DNA of 64,000 nt from Hyaloraphidium curvatum SAG 235-1 (Eukaryota; Fungi; Monoblepharomycota): assembly GCA_025558095.1 (NCBI GenBank), contig JAIVFI010000020.1:248001-312000 (forward strand). The letters are read 5' to 3'. Within the stretch, counting starts at the first letter, position 1; each line of letters opens with the position of its first letter. Made by a program: the position numbers and the translations under genes. Shown here piece after piece: positions 33,008-46,025 of the stretch. The notes beneath the pieces are model-generated. The model worked only from the letters and a program-made list of their open reading frames with translations. It had not been told where the DNA came from and made no database searches.

Positions 33008-34880
33008 ATGTCTGCGATCGGCCTGGCGTGCAAGCGCGCCCTGCGATCCACGCCCACGCTCATCTCGGTGCTGGCACTATTGCCACGTATCGCTCAGGCG
33101 CCTCGGTTGCCTGCTGCAGCCTCGCCGGCTCTCGCGAGCCACGTGCAACTGTCTCAGAGGCGGGCGGCCGGTCAGGCGACCAAATCTCGCAGCAGGCCGT
33201 CATGTCCCGGTGCGTTTGCTCCTTGATGATATTTCATCTTCCGCAAGCTCTGATCGTGTGCTGCGTTTGCCTCTTGGGGTCTCACCCGGCCACGAATCAC
33301 GCGCCTGCCCTCCAGGCTGTGGAGCCCGATTCCAGCACACGGATCCGGAGGGTGCGGGCTACCAACCCCCGGTGCGCTCGCAGACACGCCCATCAATCCA
33401 TGCCCGGATAGCCTCGCGGCTCAAGGATCAAGGGCCGTTGAACGCCGCGACCGAGATCCCGGACGGCGTCGAGCACATCAACCCCGGGCAGCTCAGAAAG
33501 CTGCTCAAGGCGCGGAAGGAGGCAAAGAAGCTCGGACAGCGTGTGCCTGATACGGATACGCCCATTGCCGATGTGGAGGCGGCGGCGGCGGAGCGCAGGA
33601 TCTGCCGGAGATGCCACGCGCTGCTGCACCATTCCGAGGAGCCCACGCGGCGGTTCCCGGACCCGACGCGGTCCTTTGCGGAGCTGCTGCTGACGCCGAC
33701 CGGCATCGTGGTGAACGTGCTGGATGCCACGGACCTCCCGGGCAGCCTGGTCCCCGAGCTTCGAAAGATGGTCGGGAACGATAAGCGGGTGATCCTCGCC
33801 GTCAACAAGATCGATGCGATGCCTGCGGGATGGGATCCTTCGACGCTGGAGGACTACGTGGACAACGCGGCGAGGAAGGCGGGCGTGCAGGTCGACGATG
33901 TGGTCCTGGTATCGGCCTCGACCAAGGAGGGGATCCCGGAGCTCGCGGCCGCGGTGAAGGAACAGATGGCGTCGCTGCGGGCGCGCGGCGAGGACCCCTC
34001 GATCTGGTTCGTGGGGAGGACCAACGTCGGCAAATCCCGGCTGCTCAACACGCTCGTGGACGTGGCCGTGCGGCGGTTCGGAGGTGGCCCGTTCGAGGCC
34101 CTGTCGACCATCGCGCCCCTGCCGGGGACGACGGTCGACCTCGTGAGGACGCCGCTGGAGCGCTATGGAACTCTTTTCAACGTCGACGAGGATCCTGCCG
34201 CGGGTGCCGCGACTTCGGCCGCAGAAACCCCACGGGGCAAGGCGAAATCGTCTCCCGCTCTCGTCGATACCCCCGGCCTCCCCCATCCGACCAACCTCCT
34301 GAACCTCCTCACCCTCTCCGAATGCCGCTCCGTGGCACCGAAACGCGCCCTCTCCCCGCGCGGGTACATCGTTCAGGAGGGCAAGACCCTCTTTATCGGC
34401 GGGGTCGCGCGGCTCGACTGCGTCGAGGGCGAGATCGAGGCGGACGTGTACGCTTCGAGGAATGTCACGACGCACAGGACGGACTCGGAGAGGGCCGCGG
34501 AGCTTTACGAGCGACACCTGGGAGGCCTGCTCGTTCCCCCCGTGCCCGCTGGGGAGGTTCCGTCTGAACGAGACGACGAAGCCGGTGCCGAATCGGCAAT
34601 CGATCGGAAGCTCCCGGAAGACGATCCACGGCTGGCGGCATTCCCTCCTCTGAAGCCGGCCCTGACCTTGGACGTGCCCGCCGGGCCCAAGAGCGCCGCG
34701 GGCACCGACGTCGTGCTTTCGGGTCTCGGTTGGGTCACGCTCAGGAGCCGCAACGGTGCTACCATCAAGGTTTGGAGCGCCGGGGGCGGTGGCGTCGGCG
34801 TGCGGGAGGGCGTGGTGCGGGGCGGAGTCGGCGAGGTCGTGCTGCCGAGCGGCAGGCGGAAGAGGAGGGACACGCGCTGA
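33008..34880 (+). CDS. Circularly permuted YqeH/NOA1/Gep3-like mitochondrial GTPase
   Basis: CPPGCG...CRRCH zinc finger; motif order NKID (G4), GRTNVGKS (G1), PGTT (G2), DTPG (G3). Confidence 0.85.
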
Positions 34881-35071
34881 ATTGACTGATTGCTGGTCAT
34901 CAATTGCCAATAAACTTGAACAGATCGTTTGAATTCCAGTGTCCCGCAGAGGCTTCATTTGCGCCACAATTCCGCATTGCCGCCCGGTGCAGGTTCGTGT
35001 CACCGGCGCCCCAACTCCGCCCCACACAGCGCGCGGTCCTGTCTGCGCCCCAACCCACATCCCCCGCAAGC

Positions 35072-36073
35072 ATGGCGGCGGCACTCTCACGCCTCCTCCT
35101 CCTCCTCTCCCTCTCCTCCGCCTGCCTCGCACAGCTCCCCCTGGACCCCACCGCCCCCAAGCCCGACTTCCAGCCCGACGCGCTGCACCTCCGCCGCTCC
35201 CTGTACGTCGACCACCTCGACGCCGGCACCCCCGCCGCGCCGCGCGACCCGTGCATGATCCGCGAGGGGTGCTTCGGCGGGTGGGGGAACAGGACCGTCG
35301 TGCGGTTCGGGACGGCGATCTGGAACAGGGGGGCGGGGGACGCGGTGCTCGGTGGGTCTTGCGCTGCTCCAGGGAATCTCGGAATCTGATCGGGATCTGA
35401 CAGGACTGCCACCGGAGGACTGCACGCCCGACATGCCGGAGTGGTGGGAGTTCGATCTGGTGCGTGGCAGGGTTGCGCCCAATCGCGGTCGCACGGGCGG
35501 TCTTCTGACGCCGAGCTCGTCCGCAGTGTCACCAGCACTTCCGTGCGTATCGATGCCGCTTTCGGCGCCATTACGTTGAACCTGACGCCGGAATAGATTA
35601 CCAAGGCTACGCAAAGTACCAGCTGTACAAAGGGAACGACGCCGTCGCCGTGGGCCACAAGATGGGCTTCTGCCTGGAAGACTCGTTCTGCCCCCCGGGG
35701 ACGGACGGCAAGTTCAACTGCGCCTGGCAGGGCGTGACGTCCGGGTGCGGCGATCTGTACGGGGACAACCTGGCCTGTCAGGTACGTCGCGCTGCCGATC
35801 GACGGGAAGGAGCTGACAATTTCGTGCCTGCAGTGGATCGACGTCACAGACTACGTCCTCTCGCGATCGTTCGACCCCGAGGCCGAGCTGACGCTCACGG
35901 TCCGGGTCAACAGCGACCGGCGGTTCCCGGAGGAGGACTACGACAACAACGTCGCCGAGGCCCGGTTCAGGATGTCGGAGCTGGAGAGGCGGGCGACCGA
36001 CACGTGGAGCAAGCCGCGGCACGGGCCGGTTCCGCCCGGCTGCCGCGCCCTAGACGCCCAGGGCAGGCCTTGA
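35072..36073 (+). CDS. Secreted lysyl oxidase (LOX)-domain protein
   Basis: Signal peptide; VVRFGTAIWNRG; spliced WWEFDLCHQHFH (Cu site); GHKMGFCLEDS; GCGDLYGDNLACQ|WIDVTD; EEDYDNN. Confidence 0.85.
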
Positions 36074-36394
36074 CAGGTTGAAGGACCGTGACAGGTTGTG
36101 GGACCGGGTGAGCTTGAGAGGTCGAAGCCTTTCCAGCAGGGCAAACCTGTAGTGAACGCTCGCAGAGTGTCTTTCTTGGTAGACTGATTGCGCGTATGCG
36201 ATGCCGTGGCCCCTTCGGTCCTTCGAGATTCGTGGACGGTGTTGACCGGGCTGGCCGGCGCGCCGAAGCCCAACTCCACTTCCGGACTCGTTGCCAGCCT
36301 CTGACTGCTATTTGCGGGCCGCCCGACAGCCTTTTGCGGCCTCCTCTTCCTGCAGCTCGTTTTCCTGGCGCGCATTCCGCAGCCAGTGGTGCGA

Positions 36395-39300
36395 ATGCTG
36401 CGTGGCGACGCGTCTCCGCTGCCGGGCTCGTGGGGCGCGCCGCGGTCCCGCCGCGGCCGTGCGGAGCGGCCGTCGTGGGCGCCCGAGCCGCCGTCGTTTT
36501 CCGCGCTCGACCGCCTCGGCGAGGAGTTCCTCGACGCGCTGGAGGACCTCGGAGGCCCCACGGCGGGCGCGCGCGACAGAGACCCCCGTCCGAAGCACGG
36601 CCCGCCCGCGAAGCAGGCCCGCCCGCCGGCGTTCCAAGCGGCCGACGACCTCTCCGACGCGGGAAGCCGTGCGGAACGGCCCCGCCCCGCGCCCTCGCGG
36701 TCGCCTTCAACCTCGCCGCCCCCGGCCGCGTACCGCACCCCGCGCGCGCGCCCCGGCGAGCGGCTGGCCGCGCTGCTCGAAAAGGCCGGCGACCCGGGCT
36801 CGCGCTATGCCACACCGGCTTCGGCCTCGCGCTCGCGCTCGCCGGATGACGAGTTTGCAACGCCTTCCGCTCGCAATGACAGGCCACCAAAGACGCCCTA
36901 CTACACCCCCGGGGCCGCGAAGCCGCGGTCCACATACCACACGCCGCGCGCTCACCCCGCGGGCTCCGAGTACGGAACACCCATGGCCGCCCTGGGAGAG
37001 CCCGACGGCGACTTTTCGGACGGATACGACAGCGAGGACGGTTCGGCGCGCGGGAGCTCTTCCGCGGCGAGGCGGCGGGACATCTTCCACACCCCTGGAA
37101 AGGGGATCCCGCGCGAAGAACGGGCCGCGCGGCCCGAACGGACCCCGCATTCGCGCCGCGACGCGTTCCCAGGGACCTACCCCGCTTCGGCGCCCCGCGC
37201 GGAACCCGCTGCCCGTCGCATGGAGCGCTCCCCTCCTCCCTTCAACGACACGAAGGAATGGATGCGCTCCCCCCCGCTGTCCAGCCGCAAGGAAAGGACA
37301 TCGCCCCCGAGCTCCCGTATCCTTGACACGTCGCCTCCCTACGCCGCTCGCGGGGAAAGGTCGCCTCCACCTGCCGCCCGGCGCCAGCTATCGCCTCCAC
37401 CTGCCGTACGGCGCGAACGATCGCCTCCACCTGCCGTGCGGCGCGAGCGATCGCCTCCATATGCCGCACGGCGCGAGCGATCGCCTCCGCGAACCGTCCC
37501 GCGCGATCGATCCCCTCCGCGCTCCATCCCGCGGGAACGATCCCCTCCGCGCTCGAGCAGGTGCGCCCGATCGCCGCCTCAGGTCTTTTCCTCCCCCGCC
37601 GAGCGGCCCGATCGCCGCCGCTCGCCCATTCCCTCCGTCCGGCGGCCCCGCTCGCCGCCCTCGGCGTACTCTCCCTTCCCCTCTTCGGCCCGATCCCGCG
37701 CGCCGCGGCAGCCGAGCTCCCTCCGCCGCGAGATCCTGCCCTCGCCGGCTTCGGGCACGGCCAGCTCGCTCGATTCGCCCTTCTTCTCACCCGACTCGCG
37801 GGACGGCCGCAAAGGTTGGTCATGTCGAGCCTCTCCCTGCGCCGGTTGCTTATATAGTTCTCCCTCACAGTCCGCTTCCGCTCCACCGTCTCGGAGCGCA
37901 CCCTTTCCTACCACTCCCCCGCCTCCACCTCCCCCTTCCGCTCCCCCGACCGCTGGGACCCCTCGGAACGGGACAGCTCGGACGACGAGGCCCTCGGACG
38001 GGTCCTGGCCGAGGTCGGCGGCGTGGAGATGGATCTGGAGCCGTTTGAGGACATTGTCCGCGGCGCGCGGGAGCCGCCGCGGGACAGGGAAGCCGAGGTG
38101 GACATCGGGAGGCCGGATCCGGACGACGAGTACCTGCGGCGTTCGAGGAGCTCGAGGGGTTCGGGGTCAATGGATGACCGTAGGTGCCGCAACGCTGCGC
38201 TCGATTCGCCTTCTGACATTCGCGACCCGAAATAGCCGAGGAGAACGCATTCTGGTCCACGCCCTCGTCCCGCCGCCACGCTGCACCCCGCTCCCCGCCG
38301 CCGGCGCGGTCGCGGTCCGAGTCGCCCCCCGGCAACGGGCCCGGCATGGCCGAGATGTACGCCCGCGCGGTCGGGGACAGCCCGGCGCGGGACGACGTCT
38401 GGGGCGACGGGTTCGTCAACTTTGACGAGGGTAGCCTGGGGGAAGACTGGCTCCCCGCCGCCGGGGCGGGCGAAAGTGGGTACCCTGATCCTTCGCCGGC
38501 GGTCACTCTGATCGGCGTCCTTCCAGGCCCTGCAGACGAGGGCTCGATCTCGGGCGCGAGCATGCACTCTGATCGCTCCATCCTCTCCGGCGCCCGCTTC
38601 CCGGAGCCGCAGATCGTCACCCCCTCCATGCCCGAGGTCGTAAAGCCCGCCGTGCTCCCCAGCCCTGGTGCGTTCTTCGCCTCGAGGTCCGGCGCGCTCG
38701 GCACCCTGGAGGAAGGCGGTGCGACGCCGGGCTCCAGGCCGAGGTTCTACACCCCGCAGGCAGGCGAGTCTCCCACCGCCGCGGCGGCGCAAGCCAACGC
38801 GGCCCAGGAGCCAGAATCGGGAGCTGCCCACGCGCAGGTGCGTCCTCATATGCTGTTCCCGTCCATATGCTGATCCGCGTTCCCAGGCTTTCTTTGCCGC
38901 CGGCGCACCGTCTTCCGATCCGGCCGTCCCCGTGATCTCGCTCCGCCCCGCCGAGGGCGGCTTCGTGCTCAGCCCGCCGCCGCAGGTTCCCGAAGGACCC
39001 AGAGAGATCCGGCGTCGCGCCGCGGGCTGGACGTCGGGCCTCGGCACCCCGGTCGCGGGCGCGGCGGACAAGCCGCCGATCGCGCCGCAGGTGCCCAAGG
39101 AGCAGGCGGCGGCGCCTTCCAAAGCCGAGGCCGCGCATACCACCACGCGGGAGCAGGCTCGTTCCCCAATGGGCGACCGCACCGCACGGCCTCCCCCTGC
39201 GCTTTCGGCTCCGGTGCCGCAGCCGTCGCCCAAACCTCCTGCGACCGCCCCAGCCCCGAGCCCGAGGCGGGCGGGTTGGGCGACGACGCAACCGGAACCT

Positions 39301-40764
39301 TCGGCGCCGGCTCTGCCGAGCTACGTCCCGGAAACGGAGATGGCCGAGCCGGCGAGGCACTTTGGGCCAGACACCGCGACGAGGGTTTCCCCTGGCAATG
39401 CGGCACCGCGGCGGACGCCACCGCGGGAGGCTGAGTGGCCCGAAAGGACCCCGCGCGAAACTATTCTGCCGTACCACCGCAAACGGTCTCCAACCCCCGA
39501 CCTTCTGAAGGAACCGATGCCGTCGGTGACAGGTCGCGACTCCTTGCCCAAAGATGCGACTCCGGAGCAGATCGAACGATGGCTCGGGCCGCAAATTCCC
39601 CCCGAGGAGCCGATATCGGAGCCTCCGCATCGGGAGCACTCATCGATCGACGATTCGGCGACGGCCCGCGGAACCATGACCTCGCCGGATTCGGCGGCTT
39701 CGCGTGGCAACCCGGTCATCATCCTCCCGGCGACCCAGCTCGCCGCTCCGGGCCGTTCGTCGCCGGCACCCGTGGCGATGGTCAGCATCAGGCCCCCGGC
39801 AACGACGCCCGGCGTTCCCGCGCGGCTCCGCTGCACCCTCGTCAACCCGGCAACCACGTCTGCGCCATGGCTCCTCGTCCGCTGCGGCAGCGCCCGCGCG
39901 CGGGTGCCCGAGATGCCACCCGAGGAGGGTGCGATCGCCGCCGGCGACGACGTGTTCCGCTTCGCCGAGGAGCGCGGCGTCGTCCGCGGGCGCGACGCCT
40001 CGCTGCGGCTTACGTTCCTGCCCACCTTCGTGGGGCGGTACCAGCAGACGTTCCACATCCGGTGCCGCGGGAGGATCGTCGTGCTGGACGTCGTCGGCGT
40101 CGCGGTGACCAAGAGCGGCCTCGGGATCAGCGCGAGGAAGATGTGGGAGCTCCAAGGGGCGCCGGCATCGGCGCCCAACCCCGTCGTCGATGCCGATCGG
40201 CACACCGGGCTCCGTGCGGAGCCGTCGACGCCGTCCGGTCGGCTCTTGGATCGGCCCGGTGCGCGGCTTGTCGACGCACCGGCTGCAGCGGCGGATGCAA
40301 AGCCGTTTCGCCCTACTGAGACGTCCGCTTCTGCTGTCAAGGCTGAAACAGCGGAACAGGCAAGGTCATCGGCCACTTTGCCATTCAAGCTCGAGGTCCT
40401 GCGGAGGCCGACCGGCTCTGACCCCCCGATTCTGCGGAAGCATCCAGCGCATGAAGGGGAACACCAGCAGGTCCTCGATTTTGGGGTCGTGCGCGCTGGT
40501 GCCTCCTCGAAAATGACTCTGCGCGCCTGCAACGCGGGAACGCGGCCCGTCTTGATCCGCGCGGCCGTGGCCAACGGCGCGCGAGGGTTCGCGCTCCCGT
40601 TCAGGTCGTTGCTGGTGCCCAAGACCTCTTTCGTGCCCTTCCCCATTGCGTTCGAACCTTCGTCACCGGGCACGTACGAGCAGGAAGTGACCCTCGAGGC
40701 GCCGTCCGATGGCTCCACGGGCAAGCTGTATCTCTTGCTGACCGGCACCGCCACCGGGACGTGA
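36395..40764 (+). CDS. Large Pro/Arg/Ser-rich protein with two C-terminal ASH/Ig-like domains (CEP192/SPD-2-like); multi-exon
   Basis: LRLTFLPTFVGRYQQTFHI and LDFGVVRAG...LRACNAG...FPIAFEPSSPGTYEQEVTL...LLLTGTA; long low-complexity N-terminus. Confidence 0.5.
37331..37580 (+). repeat. Coding minisatellite, 30-nt period, about 9 units (RRERSPP-like 10-aa repeat)
   Basis: TCGCCTCC/TCCCCTCC recurs every 30 nt from 37331 to 37571. Confidence 0.85.
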
Positions 40765-40787
40765 AGGAGCCGAGAATAGAGTCATGT

Positions 40788-42186
40788 CTAGCGACGTCGC
40801 ATCCTTTGCTCCGTCCACTTCGCGAGCGTCTCGGCGACGGTCACGTCTTGCACCAGGTTGCTGGGTTTCCACGGCATGCCGTAGGACAAGTAGGTGCCAG
40901 ACGGATGCTTTTGGGAACAGATGAGCGCGGCATCGTTTCGGATCGCAATGTACTTACGTCACCAAGGCACGCAGCAAGCACCGTCCAACTTCCTTCCACC
41001 TCATCCAGCATGACCAGCCTCAGCAAGAGTCGGAGAATGGGCGTCGATGCAAACGCCGCAAACAGTCTTCCAAGCCCGACGGGATTGTGCGCGTACAGCT
41101 TGGTAGGAATCAGCCCGGGATGCGCAACAAGGACGTCGACTTCGCCCCGAAGAGCAGGTGCGAGAGTGTGCACCGAGTGAATTGCAACGCAAGCCTTGCT
41201 TTGTGCGTAGTTTCCGAGGCGCGAATATGCGACACGCGAATGAAAGGATAGAAGTCGAATCGTTGACGCTGTCTGGGTTGTCAGAAGAACATCGTTCCCC
41301 CTTACGGTTGAAACGCACCTCCATAGTGTGCACTGGAGCCCACATTCACAATCCTAGCTCCGCGCTGGGACTTCAATTGTCCAAGTAGAAGCTCGGTGAG
41401 TCTTGCATGCCCCACGTAGTTCTTGCAACGTGTCAGCAAAGTGCCAGGGAAAGAAAGCGCAAATGCCCACCACCGATGTCTGCATGTCCACGTTCTGTGC
41501 GTCGCGCGAGAAAGGAACGTCCATGAGGCCAGCATTGTCTGGCAATCGCGGTTATCATGCGTTGGACGACCAGGCGTTCGAGGAACCCACTGACTAGCAG
41601 CGAGACGGAACCCTGGGGTTCTCTCTGCCGAAATCGTTCGACAAAGGTGTCGATCGAGCTGTAGTCACTGAGATCCAGTTCGACGTGGTAAACCTCTGTG
41701 CCGTGCAGGTCCGCCTCCGGCGCGAGGTCCTTCGTGGCTTTTTCGCCCGCGTCACGCCGGTGGGAAGCTAGTTCAGTGTCGATGAAAGGCCAACAGCATG
41801 GTCTTGAGTTTCCTGGGAAAACGGGAATTTCATGCGCTTACCGATGCAGACGCGATAGCCGGCCCGTAGGAGCCCGCGGCAGACTTCGAAACCGACGCCC
41901 GAATCGCCTCCTGTGACTATCGCAAGACGGTTCGAACGTCGGGTTCCGACGCGTTCTTGGTGCGATGTAGCGAGACTTTCAAGAAATCAGATGGAAGTCT
42001 CCGGAATCGGGTTCACGCCCACCTCTCGACCTCGCGGCGCGCATCGACCCCTGAGTACACGTGCCACAGCACGATGAAGACGATCTCGAGCACCGCGACC
42101 AGGTAGACTTTGAAGTACGCAGGCAATGATTCCCAAGCCGAGATCCGCACTTGGGCGGCCTGGAGAGCACGGGCCGGAGGCCACAT
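40788..42186 (-). CDS. Short-chain dehydrogenase/reductase (retinol dehydrogenase/WWOX-like) with N-terminal TM; multi-exon
   Basis: AIVTGGDSGVG, NAGLM, NYVGH, RIVNVGSSAH, YAQSK and AHPGLIPT. Confidence 0.8.
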
Positions 42187-42405
42187 GCGGAGTGATGTTT
42201 GCTGGCGTCGCTGGGTAGTCACGGGGCAGGCACGAATCTGTCGTCCGTTCCCGCCTGAAGCACCGGAACCGTCCGTCCGAGAGCAAAGCAACGAAAGGAA
42301 GCGAGCAGGCACGCTAGTTGAAGGACCACTGCCGACTTCATCGTACAAATCTCCCGCGGTTGTGTCGGGCGGTGTTTGAAGCTCCGCCGCCCTTGGCTTT
42401 GCGAC

Positions 42406-43467
42406 ATGGCCCGCGTTGCTCCTGAAGCCGAATGCGCCGAAGTTGCCGATGCCTCGGCCATCGTCTACTCCGCTGGGAAGGACTCGCTCGGTCGGCCCAT
42501 TCTGGTCATCGCGCTCGCGAACCTGCCGGACCCTGCCCGCGTCCCGTACGATCTGTTGCTGGACGACATGGTTCGTCGAACGTCGGAGTTCGTGAGCGGA
42601 GACTACGTGCTCGTCCTCTTTGCCAAGGCCGGCACGCATTTGCCGACCACGTGGTTCCTCTACCGCGCCTATTCGACGCTCGGCCGCGCGGTACGCAAGA
42701 ACGTCAAGGCGGTTTACGTTGTGCATACTTCGACCTGGATCAAGTGGCTCTTCCACGTGTTTGCCGCGATCGTGAGCCCGAAGTTTGCGAGGAAGCTCGT
42801 CTGGATCGATCGCTTGAGCAAGCTTGCCGACTACTGCGTCGTCACGGAGATTCCGGAGGCAGTGCTGCAGTACAACAAACAGCTCGAGGATTGGGCCCCG
42901 CAACGTGTTTTCGGCACCGAACTTCCCGCTCTTGGCCTGCCGCGAATCGTCGAAGATGCTTGCGCTTCCATTGTCGAAAACGGACTCGAGATCGAAGGCA
43001 TCTTTCGGAAATCTCCGAGCGCTGCGAGAGTGCGGTCGTGGAGGGAACGTTACGAATCGGGCACGGTGGAGGGCGATGCTTTCGACGGAGATGCCAACGT
43101 CGCAGCCTCGCTGCTAAAGGCGTACGTCCGAGAAATGCCGCGGCCCATCGTCTCCAAGGACTCGTACTCGAGCCTCGGCGAAGCTTTTGGCAGCGGTGGC
43201 TGGGATCGCTTTTGGACGAAGGAGCTTATCCCAACTCTGGATCAGTCTCGCTTGAACCTGCTCACCAGACTGCTGCTGGTCCTCCATGAGGTTCAGAAGC
43301 ACGCTGGTGTGAACAAGATGTCGGCCTCGAACCTCGCTCTGGTCTGGGCTCCGAATTTTGCTGGGTCGGACATGACAATGACGGCGCAACTTGCCGAGGC
43401 GTTGGCTTTTGCCATCGAGGACCCGTCCCGTGTCGGGATCACAGAAGAGGGGTATCATCAGATCTAG
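42406..43467 (+). CDS. BCH/CRAL-TRIO + RhoGAP protein (ARHGAP1-like)
   Basis: GKDSLGRPI...RKNVKAVYVVH...VSPKFARKL; GLEIEGIFRKS, ASLLKAYVREMP and NKMSASNLALVWAPN. Confidence 0.9.
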   Translation: MARVAPEAECAEVADASAIVYSAGKDSLGRPILVIALANLPDPARVPYDLLLDDMVRRTSEFVSGDYVLVLFAKAGTHLPTTWFLYRAYSTLGRAVRKNVKAVYVVHTSTWIKWLFHVFAAIVSPKFARKLVWIDRLSKLADYCVVTEIPEAVLQYNKQLEDWAPQRVFGTELPALGLPRIVEDACASIVENGLEIEGIFRKSPSAARVRSWRERYESGTVEGDAFDGDANVAASLLKAYVREMPRPIVSKDSYSSLGEAFGSGGWDRFWTKELIPTLDQSRLNLLTRLLLVLHEVQKHAGVNKMSASNLALVWAPNFAGSDMTMTAQLAEALAFAIEDPSRVGITEEGYHQI

Positions 43468-43539
43468 TGACCAAGTCTACAATGAAAGAGCAGCAACACT
43501 CTGCCTGCCAGTATTTACAGGATGATCTGTGCTGTTGTG

Positions 43540-44992
43540 CTATCGCACCAGCACCTTCATCCCCGCGTGCCCGTCGTCCTGGTGAAGGATCTGTCCGTTG
43601 CCCTCCACAAAATTGCTCCTCTCCCGGGTCGGGCTCATTCGCTTCATCTCGCTGACGGCGGGCGACATGTACCCGTTCGGCGCCGAGACGACATTGACTG
43701 GGCTCTCCTTGGAGTGCATGACTAGCAACCGCTGGGACGCCTGCTTGCTTTGCAGGTCCACGTAGCTGTAGTACGCTCCGCCGCAAAGCGTCAGCACAAT
43801 CCCGACCCCGTTTGTGCCGGTGATGTGGAGCGAGAAAACGGTGACGGCAATGAGGATCGAAAGAACCTGCTTTACGTTCCCTGTGCGACAAAGGACTGTC
43901 AAACGCTGACTCTTGCGGAACGAACGGCACCCCTTACCCGCAACGCCCATCGTAAGGGCACTGGTCTTCTTGTTGGCGGTGAAGCTGACCAAGTTCATGC
44001 TGAACGCGAGGATCCCGTTTCCCCCCAGCACCAAGCAAGCATAGGGGGTCCACTCGAAGTTTGCGGACATCTTGGCCAGCTCCCCGGTGTACCAAGAAGC
44101 AACAAAGGTCTGAATGCAGCCCAACGGAGCCATCCGCATGAGCAGGTCCATTGGGTGGAGCTTCAGCTCCCCGACCTGGACCTGGTTGGTCACGACGCCC
44201 TTGAGCGCCGAAAGGACGGTGCCGAGCACCGTCAAAAAGAAACCCATCATGGTGAAGTAGTAGTCGCCGTAGGTGGCGATCGCGACACCAAGAATGGTCT
44301 GTGGGCGAGACTGGACTTAGAAGGACACACGGAGCAAACAGAATGTCGACCCACGGGAAGAAGAGACACCAAAACCCTCTGCGATGGGTACTTGCTCAAC
44401 CACAAAGCGTTGATTCCAAGCACCCAAACGGGGGTCGTGGCCCGGATAACTGGGTAGGCAGGCCGCGGGATCAGTCGCCATCCCCGGGCCGGAAAGCAGG
44501 CCGATACCCACTTTGGTGAAACGGCACCGTCACCAGGTTCAAAGAAACGTTGCTCATAGCAATGTTGATAGTATAGAGGAAGCTGAATGCCAGCATGATG
44601 TAGTTTCCTCTCGGGCTAAGCTTCGCCGGCTTGAATGCCCCAGTGCTGAAGAGGATGTAGCACCCAACCGCCGAAAACAGATTATGGATCCCAGTAAGTG
44701 CCCAAGGGTATTTGAAGTTGAGGAATTGCATCGCCGCCTGGGTTCCGAATGGGACCGGCGTTGAGCGGGGACGAGTCACGGGCAAACGGCGCCACGCACC
44801 TTGTTGTAGATTGTGAGGATCAGGCCATTGAAAAAGTACGCAGCAAGCCAGAGGTAGCTGGCAGAGTGAGAGAGTTCGCCGGCGCGGGCAGGTGTCAGGA
44901 CAGCAAGGCGGGACAGGCAGAGACAAGCACCTTGTGTCCACACTGTACCGGCTCCCGCCGACACGGCCGTCCACCGCCGCGAAGACCGCCAT
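43540..44992 (-). CDS. Triose-phosphate/nucleotide-sugar transporter family protein (SLC35E-like); multi-exon
   Basis: LTIYNK, FKYPWALTGIH, SNVSLNLVTVPFHQ and KKTSALTMGVAG|NVKQV. Confidence 0.85.
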
Positions 44993-45615
44993 GACCTCGG
45001 AAGAGGTAGGCGGCGGTCGCGCGGTGCAATCGCCGGGATTAGGGGCACAAATCGGTTGTCCCAACAAGCAGCTTCGAGTGGCAGGTGGGCTGGTCACCGC
45101 CGTCAGCCCAAATGCGGACGCCCGCCCTTCACACAGGATTGATCTCCAAAAAGCCGGACTGAGACTGTAAGCCACTATGAATTGTTATGAATTGTTCGAT
45201 CTGAACGATCTGTTGGTACCCGAGGAGAAGCTCGTTGGTGGGGTGACTCGTACTGATTGTCCACTAGCAAGCAACCAGCAACCACGATCTAATCTAGTCA
45301 GCCGCTAGAGTATCCAACCTAACACGCCGTAGCACCATGCAGGATGAATAGGTCGCGCGAGTTCGCCACTTCCATCCAAGGTCCACTTGCCGGCCAACCC
45401 CGTGTTCCCGCGTCGACTGCAACCATGTTAAAGCAGTCCATGTCCGAGCTCTGAATTGCAAAGGGCAGACACGTCACTTCCTGCCTGCCAATGGTACCGA
45501 GAGAGAGAGAGCTCAATCCGTCAGACACATCTTTGGCTGAATGAAGTAGTCCACGCGAGATCCCCCAACTCGAAACGCTCCACAGCACGTCCGAAGTCAA
45601 AACAATCAGTCCTCA

Positions 45616-45952
45616 TCAGTCCTCGAGTTCGCCGTCGTGTACCACGTTCATCTCTTCTTCCGTGAACTTCCTTTCCCGCATCGGCCGTGCCCGGAACCTC
45701 TTCCGCATGTCCCACTGCGCGTACGAAGCCAAGTGAGCGGCAAATCGAGATGCTTCGGACCAAGAAACCCACCATTGCCCGCTTGCAGTCCACGAAGGAG
45801 CGGAAGTAGCGCAGGCACTGGTCCGGCACGGTCCCGTCGTACTGGCCGGTCTTCAGGCACTCCTTGACGGTCTTGCCGTCCCGCAGCACGCAGTCCGACT
45901 TGAGGACGCACTCGATGACGTCCTCGCGGAGATCCTTGCAGCTCGCCGGCAT
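45616..45952 (-). CDS. COA5: Cytochrome c oxidase assembly factor (Pet191/COA5)
   Basis: MPASCKDLREDVIECVLKSDCV...VKECL...CKRAM|WDMRKRFR. Confidence 0.88.
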
Positions 45953-45982
45953 CGCGCGAGGCTCTCACACAGGCGGGTGAAG

Positions 45983-46025
45983 TTTGGTTGATGTTGGGCG
46001 ATTGGGCGAGGACGCGCCTCCCTGT
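45983..46025 (+). repeat. Left copy of the ~43-bp direct repeat bounding the Fanzor B island
   Basis: TTTGGTTGATGTT-GGGCGATTGGGCGAGGACGCGCCTCCCTGT. Confidence 0.9.

Noticed and set aside
37331-37580. 30-nt periodic repeat as a possible CRISPR array
   Set aside because: It is tandem, in frame and coding, with no unique spacers, in a eukaryotic context.
45988-45992. TTGAT (the ISDra2 TnpB TAM) next to the duplicated sequence
   Set aside because: A 5-mer present in both repeat copies; there is no basis for transferring a bacterial TnpB TAM to this protein.
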